Of a stretch of 64,000 nucleotides of DNA, positions 29,088 to 40,091 are shown piece by piece. The stretch covers positions 288,001 through 352,000 of the forward strand of contig CAVPBK010000004.1 in NCBI GenBank assembly GCA_963701855.1, in the 5' to 3' direction. Origin of the DNA: Nitrospirota bacterium. Lineage in GTDB: Bacteria; Nitrospirota; Nitrospiria; Nitrospirales; Nitrospiraceae. Each line of letters begins with the position of its first letter. The stretch's first letter is position 1. The notes under the pieces are model-generated. The model had not been told where the DNA came from and searched no databases. It saw only the letters and a program-made list of their open reading frames with translations. A program made the translations under genes and the position numbers.

Positions 29088-32000
29088 TTCGTCAGCTCCT
29101 CGTGGCGCTTCTCCGCAAGCTTGATGATCTCGACAGCGATTCGTTCGTGCAGGTCGGTGAGCTGCGGAATGTTGGCGAGAAGAATCTCGGTGTCGATGTT
29201 GCCTCGCAGTCTCTTGACTTCAATCGGTTTCTTCCAGAAGTCGATGATCCCGATCGAATTTTGAAGGAGCTCCACAATGCGCAGCATTAATTCCTTCAAT
29301 CGTTGCCGGTCCTGGGAGGGCACATCGCCTTGATCGAAGGCCAGTTGCGTCACGTAATCATAGAACGTCGTCGCTTCCTTGGTCAGCCCTTCGATGGCTT
29401 CCGTGCGCCCTGCTATCGCTTCGGCTCGAAGCTGCTCGTAGCCCTCCGCCAAGGCCTCCCAGTTATCTCTGTGCTCCTGAATGAGTTTTTCCAATTTATC
29501 ACTCAGGCGCTTATAGAAAGCCGGGTCCTCGTCGAAGTGCACTGTGCAATGCTTACGAAGGGCGTGCTCCATCTCGCTAGCTTTGGCCTCGGGATCGCCA
29601 CCGGCGTGCTTTCGTACGTTGGCCATAAAATCAGCAGAGAGCAGTTCAATAGGAGGAATCTTTGGGTTGATGCCGAGGTCAATGAGGTGCTCATTGATAA
29701 GCGCCTTCACCTTGGCGCCAGCATCGGCGAGATCGAGCGAATCGTCCTTGTAGCGCTCCTTCACCATGCGCAAAAGATACCCGAAGCGCCGGGCCGGGCC
29801 TCGATATGAATGTCCCGATTCGTGCGGCAGAATAAGGTTCAAGCTCTGGAGAAACTTCTTCAGATAGACTTCAAAATCCGCTCGGCGCTTGATGTCCTTC
29901 ATGGCGCCAACTGCCGTATGCACCACGGCAACCTCTGCAGCCGGTGTTGTCAGTGTCCCCGTCACAAACGCTTCGATCTCCGTGACTCCGGCTGAACGGA
30001 AGTGTTGCAAGAGCCGCTGGTATCGCTCTTCAAGGATCGGCACTTCCGTGAGCAGATTCTTCAGCCCCTGCTGAATGTCCTGCGCGTCTTCCTCGGCATA
30101 GATGGACAAGGCGTGGGTCAGGTGATTGGCCAGCCCGATATAGTCCACGATGAAACCACGGGACTTGCCCTTCGCCACACGATTCACCCGGGCGATAGCT
30201 TGCAGAAGATTGTGCTCGCGCAAACGCTTATCGATATACATGACCTGTTCAACCGGCGCGTCGAAGCCGGTCAGCAGCATGTCGCAGACAATCAGAAAGG
30301 CGATGCCCGTGAGGTCCTTATCCGGATCATCGAGGTCAAAGGGTTTGCAGAAGTTCTCCACCGCATTCCAGCGCTTCGCCTCCTTGCGGGCCTCCGTGAT
30401 GACCGCAAGTTCATTGGTCGCGTCGGATGACACGACCACCACCGCCTTCAGGAACGCGATACGCCGGATCACGTCTATATTGGGCGTAGGTCTCCGCTTC
30501 TCCCGGTCCAGCCGTTCGGCAAGCGCTGCGCGTATGAATTTTTGATACCGGAGGGCCGCCAGCTTGGAGTGGCATACCACCTGTGCCTTGAAGCCGTCAG
30601 GCAGGATGTTGTCGATATAATGGTCCACTAAATCCCGGGCAATGGCCTCGATGCGCTTTTCTGCTTCAAGGATGTCGCCGCTCGCGCCGTACTTTTTCTT
30701 GATAGCCAGCAATTCTTCCTCCGTGCGCTCCTTGAACAGGTCTTCAAATTTCTGGTCGAAGGCGTGCTTATCCTTGAGTGCGGTGTCCGCAGTGCGGCCT
30801 TCGTAGAGAATCTGAAGCGTCGCGCGGTCATTGACCGCGTCCATCAGCTTGTAGGTATCGATATACTCCCCAAACCGTTTCACCGTTCGCTTCGTACCAT
30901 GCTGCTCGGTAATAAGGGGCGTCCCGGTGAAGGCGATCCTGGTCGCGTTTGGGAAGGCCTCGAATAGGTTGTCACCGAGATCCGAGCTTTGCGTGCGGTG
31001 CGCCTCATCGATCATCAAGAGAATGCGCTCCGACCGGTTCACGATGCCAAAGGTTTCCGCCGCCGGTGGTTTGCCATAATGCGCAAGCGTCTCGGCCACC
31101 ATCAGCGGCAATTCCTCCGTCCGCTCCATGAACTTGTGGACCATCACCATATTCACATCGGAGGCGTCGGTGCTCAGATGTTCCCGGAGTTGGGCAGTAC
31201 TGGCGATGCTGTTCACCTTGCCACCGATCAGGCGAGCGGTAGCGGAAAGCTGCTCTTCGAGGTCGATCCGGTCGTTGACCATCACAATCTTAAAGTCGGC
31301 CAGATCGGCAGAGGCGCGCAACATCCGGGCGACGAACACCATCGTGAGCGATTTGCCGGATCCTTGCGTATGCCAGACCACACCGGATCGCTCCTCCGCC
31401 GTTTTCCCCATGCGCAGCCGTTCGACAATGCGGCAGGCCGCGCGGTATTGCTGGTACCGGCAAACGACTTTTACGCGTTTGCCGTCGTCCGTATCCATGA
31501 ACACCGTGCAGGTGCGCAGCAGATCGAGCAATGTGTCTGGAGCGAGTAGGCCCTGAATCATCTTTTCCTGCTCACGTTCGATCCCAAGCGGCGGCTTGTA
31601 GGAGCGCCGCCCTTCAGGCCAGATGTCTTTCCAGGCATGAAAATGCTCATGACCGGAGGTAATCGTGCCAAATTCTGCTTTCTCCCCACAGGTCCGCACC
31701 AGAAGCACGTTGGAATAGAACAGGCGCGGTTCACCTTCGCGCAATCCAGCGGCAGTCGTCTCCGGACGCGCATTCCTGTAGCGGAGCAATTGCTCGAAGG
31801 CAGCATGCAGCGGGTTGGCGGTATTGGGATCGCCGATCTTCGCCTCGACCACCACCAATGGAATGCCGTTCACAAAGAGGACGATGTCGGGGATGATGCA
31901 GCTCTTTACGCAGCCTGGCGTATCGATGCGGAATTGGTTGATAGCGTGAAACACGTTCCGCTCCGGGTGGGCAAAGTCGATCAACTGCACCACCGGGTCA

Positions 32001-32338
32001 GCCTCCCCGGTGAGTTCATTCACATCCACTTGCGCCTTAAAGAAGAGCGCCTGCACCGCCTCGTTCGCTTCCAGCAACGTACGGCTGGGCTGGCGTACAA
32101 TTTGGTCGCGCAGATCATCGAGCTGGCGGTCAGTCAGCCAGGCCCGACCATCGGAAGTGAGATTGAGCGAGCGGACCGACGTGCGAAATACCTCCGGCAG
32201 CAGCCACTCGCGGAAGGTCCCGCGCAAACTGGCGGCAGGGTCCGATGGAATCAGACCGTGCCCCTGGTCGATGACCGTCCAGCCCAGCGTCGCGAGCTGG
32301 TCGAGGAACGGCTTTTCAACGTGGAAGTATTCAGACAT
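29084..32338 (-). CDS. hsdR: Type I restriction enzyme R subunit
   Basis: PDIVLFVNGIPLVVVEAK, WHTQGSGKS, DEAHRTQ, FTGTP, MLLTGFDAP, QAIARVNR. Confidence 0.96.
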   Translation of the reverse strand: MSEYFHVEKPFLDQLATLGWTVIDQGHGLIPSDPAASLRGTFREWLLPEVFRTSVRSLNLTSDGRAWLTDRQLDDLRDQIVRQPSRTLLEANEAVQALFFKAQVDVNELTGEADPVVQLIDFAHPERNVFHAINQFRIDTPGCVKSCIIPDIVLFVNGIPLVVVEAKIGDPNTANPLHAAFEQLLRYRNARPETTAAGLREGEPRLFYSNVLLVRTCGEKAEFGTITSGHEHFHAWKDIWPEGRRSYKPPLGIEREQEKMIQGLLAPDTLLDLLRTCTVFMDTDDGKRVKVVCRYQQYRAACRIVERLRMGKTAEERSGVVWHTQGSGKSLTMVFVARMLRASADLADFKIVMVNDRIDLEEQLSATARLIGGKVNSIASTAQLREHLSTDASDVNMVMVHKFMERTEELPLMVAETLAHYGKPPAAETFGIVNRSERILLMIDEAHRTQSSDLGDNLFEAFPNATRIAFTGTPLITEQHGTKRTVKRFGEYIDTYKLMDAVNDRATLQILYEGRTADTALKDKHAFDQKFEDLFKERTEEELLAIKKKYGASGDILEAEKRIEAIARDLVDHYIDNILPDGFKAQVVCHSKLAALRYQKFIRAALAERLDREKRRPTPNIDVIRRIAFLKAVVVVSSDATNELAVITEARKEAKRWNAVENFCKPFDLDDPDKDLTGIAFLIVCDMLLTGFDAPVEQVMYIDKRLREHNLLQAIARVNRVAKGKSRGFIVDYIGLANHLTHALSIYAEEDAQDIQQGLKNLLTEVPILEERYQRLLQHFRSAGVTEIEAFVTGTLTTPAAEVAVVHTAVGAMKDIKRRADFEVYLKKFLQSLNLILPHESGHSYRGPARRFGYLLRMVKERYKDDSLDLADAGAKVKALINEHLIDLGINPKIPPIELLSADFMANVRKHAGGDPEAKASEMEHALRKHCTVHFDEDPAFYKRLSDKLEKLIQEHRDNWEALAEGYEQLRAEAIAGRTEAIEGLTKEATTFYDYVTQLAFDQGDVPSQDRQRLKELMLRIVELLQNSIGIIDFWKKPIEVKRLRGNIDTEILLANIPQLTDLHERIAVEIIKLAEKRHEELTK

Positions 32339-32342
32339 CGAG

Positions 32343-33257
32343 TTATCCGTACAGCACACGCCGCAGACGTGCGAGCGCCTGCTCACGTTTGGCAGGCGCC
32401 ATGCGCCGGACATTCTGCAATTTCCACTGAGCCGCCGGCAAATCAGCGACACCCGCCAGATTTAAGAGCCCCCAATCAGGCTCACCGCCTTTGAAGCTCA
32501 ATAGAAACTGACGCTGACGCTCAGTCAGCTTGGTCCGAATGAGAGAAATCATGGTTTCACGCGTCTGTTCCAGCTCGCTCACCGTGACCGGCTCCAGTGC
32601 CATACCATGGAATTGTTCCTCAAAGATGGTTGCAAGCGGCTGCCGGCTTGGCGCCAGCATGTCGGCAAGGGATCGGTCGCTGCTGAGCAGGTAGACGACA
32701 AAAACTTCCAGCAGCCCATCGTTGATGCCCTCATGTTCCAGCAACAGTTGCACATCGAACAGATCGCGCGGATGTTGTCGATCGAGCGCCGCGCAGAGCT
32801 TGCCCGCATAGAGATCATCCAGATGGACGACCGGCACCTCGATAAAGCCGAACTGTGCTTCCACCGCCGGGCTGACGCCTCGCATGGCCGGCTCGCGCAC
32901 ACATCCACGCAACACAGGAGAGACCTCAATCTTCACTCGTGCGCGGCCACGCCATGCGACAAGTTTTATAATCTGTCCCTCGGCACTCGTGCGTTCTACG
33001 CGAACACCTTTTGATTGTCCTTCGATGGAAGATGCGATTCGTTCTAGTGCTGCGCCGACTTCGGCCAGGCTGGTCGCCCGATCCTGCACCGGCACATAGG
33101 TGAGATCGATGTCCACCGACAAGCGCGGCAAATCGCGCACGAACAGATTGATCGCCGTCCCGCCCTTCAGGGCGAAGCAGCGCTCCTTCGCCACGAGCGG
33201 CAACACATCCAGCAAGAGCACGACTTGTGGGCGATACGGATTATCCTCGCCTAACAC
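32343..33257 (-). CDS. abiEii: AbiEii-type nucleotidyltransferase toxin (type IV TA)
   Basis: LKGGTAINLF..RLSVDIDL, YAGKLCAALDRQHPRDLFD. Confidence 0.9.
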   Translation of the reverse strand: MLGEDNPYRPQVVLLLDVLPLVAKERCFALKGGTAINLFVRDLPRLSVDIDLTYVPVQDRATSLAEVGAALERIASSIEGQSKGVRVERTSAEGQIIKLVAWRGRARVKIEVSPVLRGCVREPAMRGVSPAVEAQFGFIEVPVVHLDDLYAGKLCAALDRQHPRDLFDVQLLLEHEGINDGLLEVFVVYLLSSDRSLADMLAPSRQPLATIFEEQFHGMALEPVTVSELEQTRETMISLIRTKLTERQRQFLLSFKGGEPDWGLLNLAGVADLPAAQWKLQNVRRMAPAKREQALARLRRVLYG

Positions 33258-34056
33258 TGAACTGCTCCGGGACGGTGATCGAGAAGCGCACATCCAGTCG
33301 TCCGCCGCGCGTCACCTGCCGTTTGCCCTGTCCAAGCGTGACACGGTTGATCTTCAGTTTGCGACTCCACGGCGCATCTTGGCGCGTCGTTAGAAAGAGA
33401 AACAGGCGTTTTACTTTAATGCTGGTACATCCTTCCAGTAATTGCTGCACCAGCGCGGGCCTGAGGGCAGACAAGCCTTCAAACAACTCCGCCGCATGCG
33501 TGAACCCGGCAGGTGTGTCATCCACCAGGCTCAGCACTTCCAGAATCGCCCGCTCCGGCGAAGACGCAGTCACCGTCCAGTCGCGCACACGAGTCGACAG
33601 ATGTGCCAAGCCTTCGCCCACGACGACTGCATGGAAGAGCTGTTGACGATGGAAGACGAACTGCTGCGAGAGAGAGATGGCCAAAACCCAGGCCGGGAGA
33701 CGTGTGAATCCTCTCCCATGGTTCCAGAGATGGATGCGCGACTCTCCTCCCAGCGGCAGGTAGTGGGCCAGACCATGAAGGTTCAGCGCTGAGAGCCCAC
33801 CCACATGGATGGGCTGTTGCGCCAGCCGCTGGAGAGCCAGCACGACTCCCTGCCAGTCAACCGGCAGAGCAGCATGGCGCGCATAGGCGCCATGAGCCAA
33901 GGCAATGAGCCAGCCGCTCGCCACATATTTGCGGACTAGTTGTGGGGATATCCCTCGCTTTAACAACCAGGCGCTCGGGACAACCACCCCTTCCGGCAGG
34001 TCCTTGAGTAGATGATTCAACAGCCGGTTCGGGACCGCTCTCTTTTGTATACCCAT
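33241..34056 (-). CDS. abiEi: AbiEi-type antitoxin/regulator (type IV TA)
   Basis: LPEGVVVPSAWL..YVASGWL, SSPERAILEVL, LLEGCTSIKVKRLFL. Confidence 0.88.
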   Translation of the reverse strand: MGIQKRAVPNRLLNHLLKDLPEGVVVPSAWLLKRGISPQLVRKYVASGWLIALAHGAYARHAALPVDWQGVVLALQRLAQQPIHVGGLSALNLHGLAHYLPLGGESRIHLWNHGRGFTRLPAWVLAISLSQQFVFHRQQLFHAVVVGEGLAHLSTRVRDWTVTASSPERAILEVLSLVDDTPAGFTHAAELFEGLSALRPALVQQLLEGCTSIKVKRLFLFLTTRQDAPWSRKLKINRVTLGQGKRQVTRGGRLDVRFSITVPEQFSVRRG

Positions 34057-34129
34057 GGTGTATCTATTGCCAAAACCGCAAACCAACGCCCTGTTCAAAA
34101 CTCAGGCAGTTTACAATTTTACGGAATAG

Positions 34130-34175
34130 TAAACCTGTGGTTTATAAATGTCTACTTTTGTAAACCAACGGTTTA
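34130..34175. promoter_or_regulatory. Twin inverted repeats, probable AbiEi operators
   Basis: TAAACC-N3-GGTTTA at 34130-34144 and 34161-34175, 31 bp apart, in an AT-rich gap upstream of abiEi. Confidence 0.7.
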
Positions 34176-34238
34176 GAAACAAACCCATTTGCAGGGCCTG
34201 TGTCTGCAAAGAAGCCATCTCATAAACCAGGGGTGAGG

Positions 34239-35536
34239 CTAGGTACTGGCCGGTTCGGCCACATTCACGCGCACGCGGCCGGTCAGGAGATCGTGCATGA
34301 GGCCGTACTTTTGTTTCTGAAGTTTTTGGCGCTGTGCCTCGCAACTCTCTATTGCTGCGTCTTGGGTTTCGTATATCTCAGAAATTCGTGACCGCTCACG
34401 TTCCCTAGGCCAGAGAATTAGCAACGGACGCAGATCTTCAAGGTTGATATTCCTTTGCGCTGTCTGAGGAGCGCGGGCCGCCAGCCACGTTTTTCTCCGC
34501 CGAATACTGAGCTCGATGAACCGCACATTTTCTTGCGCCTTTGGCTGAACCCCCACAAGGCTGTCGGGTGCGCACATCGGGATACCAATGATGCAGGTGT
34601 CGGCAATATTTGCCGCGATTGTGACCATGATTGTGCCAGGCGGAAACAGACGGCTCACTGACAATCCCTTTTCATTCAGTGTCTGCGAGTAGCTACTGAG
34701 CGTTCGACCTCCAGAAAGTGCCACATCGCCGGTTTGTATGAATGGATATTGCCCACCGTAGAATCGAGAGTCATTTCGGGGACGGATGGTGAACTTTCCG
34801 CGGCTGACATCAGCTACGGAATCGAGCCGTTGAATCTCCCACTCCTTCGGAATCCAGCCGAGGGGGGATTCTTTGTAAGAGGTGGGGGGCTTGGGTGCGC
34901 GTGGGGCGAAGGTGGCCGTCTGGGGTGACGCCACGAGTAAAGAGGTCGTGCATCAGCCCCGCCTTGATCTGCTGATACTTCGCAATCAACGCCTCCGTCT
35001 GCTCAATCGCCTCGTCCACCGTCGAAAGGATTTCGGCGATCCGGCGCTGCTGCAGACGTCTGCAGGGAATGCAAGACGCTTGACGACTCTTGAACAGAGA
35101 TTGGTAGTTGAACCGCTGCGAGTCCGTTGATCCGAACATATCAAAATCATTCGGCTTATTGCAAGATGCTTCGACTAGAGAACGGAATACGAATGTTCGC
35201 TCAGGCATTCGCTTGATTAGGCACGAAGAACGCAAAATGCAGTGCTGCATGTCAATCCTGCTTCAGCGCAGATTGCCGAATGCATCCAATTGCCATTCTC
35301 CATGATTAGGACGTAACTTCGCGACATCAACACGTCACCTTCGTGTAAAACGCGTACTGCTGACGCTTCCGCGAGGCAATCGGTACATGTACTCGCATCT
35401 GAGCCCGACCATCCGCTGCATCGAGAGTCAGCCATGCATCTCGAACCTGCGATTCGTCATCTGCGAGCCATGCCGCTGGATCGAATCGCCGCATTGACGT
35501 CGTCGCCAATTCCGGTTATCGACCAGCTTCACTCAT
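34239..35536 (-). pseudogene. hsdS: Type I R-M specificity subunit, frameshifted as given
   Basis: QQRRIAEILSTVDEAIEQTEALIAKYQQIKAGLMHDLFTRG, KESPLGWIPKEW and GLMHDLLTGRVRV fall in different frames; ATG 35536 overlaps the hsdM stop. Confidence 0.85.
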
Positions 35537-37994
35537 ACCCCAACTCCACCAGAAATGTTTTCAGCTTCGCCGCTTCGGTGTCACGTTTGGCTTCGATGGC
35601 CTTGGCGGTGACAGCATATTTCTGCGTGTAAGTTTTCCAACGCAGCGAGGCAGGCTCGTTGGTCCGCGCGGAGATAGCCTTCATAGGTTTGAATGAGCAA
35701 TCGGTGCAAGCGGTCGAGGATCACGCGGCGGGCTTCGTCTCGGTCGATCTTTTCCCTGGCGGCAGCAACCAGTTCTTCCTTCTTCTTTTCCGTCGCGCGG
35801 AGGTCGGCCTTCAATTGCCGTTCCTCGTCCTCTAGCGCCTTGTGGCGGAGCTAGCCGTTTCTCAGCCGCTTCGGCACGCGCTAAGAACCCGGACTGGTCT
35901 CGCTTTTCTTTCTTTGCCAGCTTGGCCTGGGCCTTGGCTTCCTTGAGTTCAGCCTTGAGGGCCTTCACATCGCTGCCGGGTAACACACCAGTATCGTCGC
36001 TGTCTTCGTAGTCCTCTTCGTCGGCAGCAGCAAAGAGGGCGGACAGTTCGACCAGACGCAGACGCTTCTGCTTCCATCTCAGCGAGGAGTTCAGGGAACT
36101 GGCTCTGAAGAATGTCGTCGTCGGGAATCAGCTCAGGTCCCCAGCCGCTGAAGGCGATGGATTTGAACTCCGGCTTGAATAACTCAAAGTAGCTGGCCAG
36201 CGCGCCACGAATCTGATGCTCAGTCAGGAGGGTCTGTTTGCCAAACGTGGCTGCGATACTGACCAACAGTTGACGGCGGAGTTCATAGACATTGCCTCGC
36301 TTGCCGTTCTTCGGTGCGAGGGCTTCGATGAGCGGGAGGTGCTCTTTCCACCACAACTCCAATTTCTCTACGAAACCGGCATGGGCCTTGGCGACCCCAG
36401 GATCGCTCTTGACCAGTTCCGCGAGGGCACGGCGCTCAGTCACGACAGGCGCAAAGTCCGAGTACGTGTTGTCCTTGCTTCGTTGCACGAACACGCGTTC
36501 GCGCAAGCCTGCATAGTTTTTCCAAAAGTGGTTTAGTGAGTCGATCTCCACCACTGGCACGCCGCCGTGCAAATGGGCGCGCACGTCGTGCGGCTCAGGC
36601 GGAGGGGCATTGTCCACATAGCGCCGGATATTGCAGTTATAGTCTTCGGCAGCTATCTCACTCACTGGTACTAGTCTGGCGTAGCCCTCGACGTTCTTCC
36701 GCTCACGATAAGCATGGATGATTTTCGAGATGTCCTCCGGGCGGAGGAAGTTTTGTGCCTTTCCCTCGCGGTATTCCCGGTCGGCGTTGATGAAGAAGAC
36801 ATGCTTTCGTGCGGCTGCATCCTTTTTGTTCATCACCAACACACAGGCCGGAATGCCCGTGCCATAGAACAGTCCGGCGGGCAGGCCGATGACCGCATCC
36901 AGCCAGCCACGCTCAATGAAATGTTTGCGCGCTTCTCGTTCCTCGCCGCCCCGAAACAGCACACCGTGAGGCATGATGGTGGCCATCTTTCCGTCGGCCT
37001 TGAGCACGGCCAGCATGTGCTGGACGAACATGAGATCGGCTTTCTTCCCCTTCTCCGGCATCCACACGGCAAAACGGCCTGGATATTCGATGTCCTTCTT
37101 GATGTAGTTCTGGCTGAATGGCGGATTGGCGAGGACTCGGTCGTAGCGTTTGAGTTCGTTGCTCTCGGCCTTATGTTGAGGTCGGCGGATGGTATCCTCC
37201 TGGCGAATATCGGCGTCGGAAATCCCATGGAGGAGCATGTTCATTTTGCAGATGGACCAGGTGGTGCCGATACTCTCCTGACCAAAGAACGACACATCCT
37301 TGGGGTTCCCACCGCACTCACGGATATAATCGCGCGTCTGAATCAGCATGCCGCCTGAGCCGCAAGTGGGATCGTAGATGCTCATGTGCGGCTGAGGATC
37401 GACGATTTCCACAAGTGTGCGCACCACATCCGCCGGCGTGTAGAACTCGCCCGCTTTCTTGCCTGCTGAGTCGGCAAAGAATTTGATGAGGTATTCGTAC
37501 GCCGCCCCCAACAGATCGGGAAACTCAAAATTCTCATCCCGCAGCGGAATCTTCTCGAAATTCTGCACGAAGTTGGCGAGCGTGTCGTCGTCGAGCGTGC
37601 GCTGCCCGATCTTGCGGTTGAAGTTGATATGTTTGAGCACATCTTGCAGCGCATCGACATTGGCATCTTCAAGCGCTTCGAGCGCTTTGTTGAGGCCGCT
37701 TCCGACATTGGTCTTGAGATGGCGGATTTTCGACCAGTGCGCCCTCTCAGGGACGAAGAAGGTGTATTTGTCGGGGTTGGCAAGTTGAGCAGCAATCTGC
37801 TTTTCAGACATCCCTCTCGTCTTGAGGTCTTTGGCAAGCTGCTCACGCTCCTGATCGAAGAGATCGCTCATCCGTTTCAGGAAGAGCATGCCGAAGATGT
37901 ATTCTTTATATTCAGACGCATCCATGTTCCCGCGCAAATCGTCGCACGCGCGGAACAGGAGACCAGAGAGCTGGCTGAGGGTGAGTTTGCTCAT
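35529..37994 (-). CDS. hsdM: Type I R-M methyltransferase; 3' end broken by three single-base insertions
   Basis: [22 protein letters not shown]-terminus continues across frames to ..FLVELGYE* at 35529. Confidence 0.92.
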
Positions 37995-38122
37995 ACCACG
38001 AGACCTTACTTGCGCCTAGGGACAATGAAAGCGATTGCGGCTTGCTCGGGGCACTGTTTGGAGGGCAAGAATACCCTTTCCACCCTAGGATTGCATCTTG
38101 CCTAGAAAGGAAGCACAGCTCG

Positions 38123-38174
38123 TGGCACGAAATCTGCGCCCTGGTTTGCGGTTCAAAAAGAGACTTGCTATAGT
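38123..38174 (+). promoter_or_regulatory. Candidate sigma54 and sigma70 promoters
   Basis: TGGCAC-N5-CTGC at 38123-38137; TTGCGG-N17-TATAGT ending at 38174. Confidence 0.4.
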
Positions 38175-38185
38175 GCGCGGCGGAG

Positions 38186-38446
38186 GTGGCCGTGGGCGTG
38201 GCGCCGGATTATATTTTGGTGGAGGGACAGACGTTCAGCAAGGCGAAGCTGTCGCTCGACAACCACGTCTACAAGAACTGTGCGATCGATGACTGCGACA
38301 TCTATTTTAGCGGTGGGCAATACGAGTTGCTCGACACCCACATTACGAATTCACGCCTCATCCTCAACCACCCGGCCAAGGGCATGTACAACGCCGTTCA
38401 GATCTTCAAGATGAAGTCTCCAGGCTCCAGCATCATCTGCGAATAG
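38186..38446 (+). CDS. Small hypothetical beta-rich protein
   Basis: GGAGG upstream; 86 aa with protein-like composition. Confidence 0.65.
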   Translation: MAVGVAPDYILVEGQTFSKAKLSLDNHVYKNCAIDDCDIYFSGGQYELLDTHITNSRLILNHPAKGMYNAVQIFKMKSPGSSIICE

Positions 38447-38450
38447 TAGC

Positions 38451-38562
38451 TATTAAAAAGCCTGCAGATTCGCTCTCGCATCGTTCAGACTCTCAACGTA
38501 CCGCAAGGGTACGACTCGAGCCTTCACTCGCTGCGGCCTCGGTGAACAGGCTTTTTGAACAC
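38451..38562. mobile_element. MITE-like element (inverted relative to 15776 and 53201)
   Basis: CTCTCAACGTACC..CTCGCTGCGGCCT..TTTTTGAACACCC is the reverse complement of the GGCCGCAGCGAG..GTACGTTGAG module. Confidence 0.6.
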
Positions 38563-38605
38563 CCTTCACAAAGCGTATCTCGCGAACAACGGGATGCGAG
38601 CGACG

Positions 38606-39853
38606 CTACTTCGTGACCGAGATATTCTCCACGTACTTGACGATCTCGATCGGCTGGAAGACCGGGTCTTGCGATCCTTTGGAGGACTCGGCTTCGACAC
38701 GCTGTAGGAATGGGGCAGGGCCGGTGATCGGCGCATAGTTGAGGATCAACTCAATATCGAATGTCTTGGTATCTTTCGGCGTGGGGAAGGTAAAGGTCTC
38801 GACCCGCAGTTCTTCCGGCTTAAGAACCGTATCCTCAAGAACCTTGACCGCTTCAAAGTCGAAGCTCGTTTTCTGGCCCTTGGCATCCTGATAGACTCGC
38901 CCATAGACCCGCTTGTCGGTAAAGACGGTCTTCAGATTCTTTCCCTTGATATCCAGATCCAGCACCACCGTCGCCCAGGCCGGATGTGTGGCGGGCAAAT
39001 TATGTGGAACGAGACTCTGCACCTTCACCGTAACCGTCGTTTTCTCACCCTCGATTTTTGCTTTGACATCCAGCTTGGCTGCTTCTTGGCGAAGCGTGCC
39101 GATTCGACCGGGAAAGGTATGGTTGGCCGTTTTCCGTTTCTTCTCCCCGTTGGCCGACTCGCCGACCTGCTCAGGCATGTGGCAGGTCTGGCACTCTTTG
39201 CCGGACTTCACAGCCTTGCTCTGATCCCAGTTACCCAGCAGATCGTTCGTCTTGCCTAAGGCGTCAACGGATGGGACCGACTGGTGGCAATTGAGGCAGA
39301 GATCGGACTTTTGAAACAGCCCAAGCTCCATCGATTGGTGTGCCCGGTTCTGAACAGAATCCTTATACGGTCCATAGACCATCTTGCTCTCGAGTTCGTA
39401 CTTGGGCTCCGGCGGCTGTTTTGTCCGATCGACCTGCTTGATCAAATGGCATTGCGCGCAGGCCACCCCGTCCAACGACGGGTCACCGGCCTTGGTCTGA
39501 TTGATAAAGAGCTGGACTTGATTGGGAAATTCGCGCACGTGCGGCGCATGGCAGCGAAAGCACTGGGCTTTGTCTTTCCCTCCCGGGGAAGACAAAAAGA
39601 CATCGAGCGAGGCGCGAAAGGCCGGGGAATGGATCGAGCGCGAGAGCGGAGAGGTTTCCCACTCTTCAAACACGCGCTCATGGCAACGTTTGCACTTGCT
39701 GGAAGTCGAAAAAATCTGTTCGATGGTGCCTTGCGACAGGCCTAGTTCTTCCCCGAACGCGCCACGATCGAGCCAAGGAGCGAGAAACAACGCAACCGCC
39801 ACGATCGCCGCGCCAATTCCGGTCTTCACAGGGATCGAATCTCGCACCATCAT
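38606..39853 (-). CDS. Pentaheme c-type cytochrome (c554-like)
   Basis: Signal peptide; CKRCH, CFRCH, CAQCH, CLNCH, CQTCH. Confidence 0.9.
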   Translation of the reverse strand: MMVRDSIPVKTGIGAAIVAVALFLAPWLDRGAFGEELGLSQGTIEQIFSTSSKCKRCHERVFEEWETSPLSRSIHSPAFRASLDVFLSSPGGKDKAQCFRCHAPHVREFPNQVQLFINQTKAGDPSLDGVACAQCHLIKQVDRTKQPPEPKYELESKMVYGPYKDSVQNRAHQSMELGLFQKSDLCLNCHQSVPSVDALGKTNDLLGNWDQSKAVKSGKECQTCHMPEQVGESANGEKKRKTANHTFPGRIGTLRQEAAKLDVKAKIEGEKTTVTVKVQSLVPHNLPATHPAWATVVLDLDIKGKNLKTVFTDKRVYGRVYQDAKGQKTSFDFEAVKVLEDTVLKPEELRVETFTFPTPKDTKTFDIELILNYAPITGPAPFLQRVEAESSKGSQDPVFQPIEIVKYVENISVTK

Positions 39854-39879
39854 CCCATCCTTCGCTTCAAGAACAGCAT

Positions 39880-40091
39880 GCAGGACGCTCAAAAAGGCCT
39901 GCCTTCTCACCCACCCTACCCTAGCCCGCCGATACGCGCTTTGTCCCAAGCAAGACCGCAGCGAACTATTACTTTACAAGGGGTGAGTTGGGATAATCCC
40001 AACTGCGCGCGTCCAACGAGGGCTTTCTCAAATCGCGCGTTGCGCGAGCACGGGGATCGTCCCAGTACCCTCACTCCTTTTTCAGCTCCTG
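39880..40091. mobile_element. Composite MITE-like element between the two cytochrome genes
   Basis: GCAGGACGCTCAAAAA ... TTTTTCAGCTCCTG ends; contains the CGCGCGTTGCGCGAGCAC module. Confidence 0.7.

Noticed and set aside
34239..35536. Invertible hsdS shufflon
   Set aside because: No second hsdS cassette, recombinase or flanking inverted repeats are visible.
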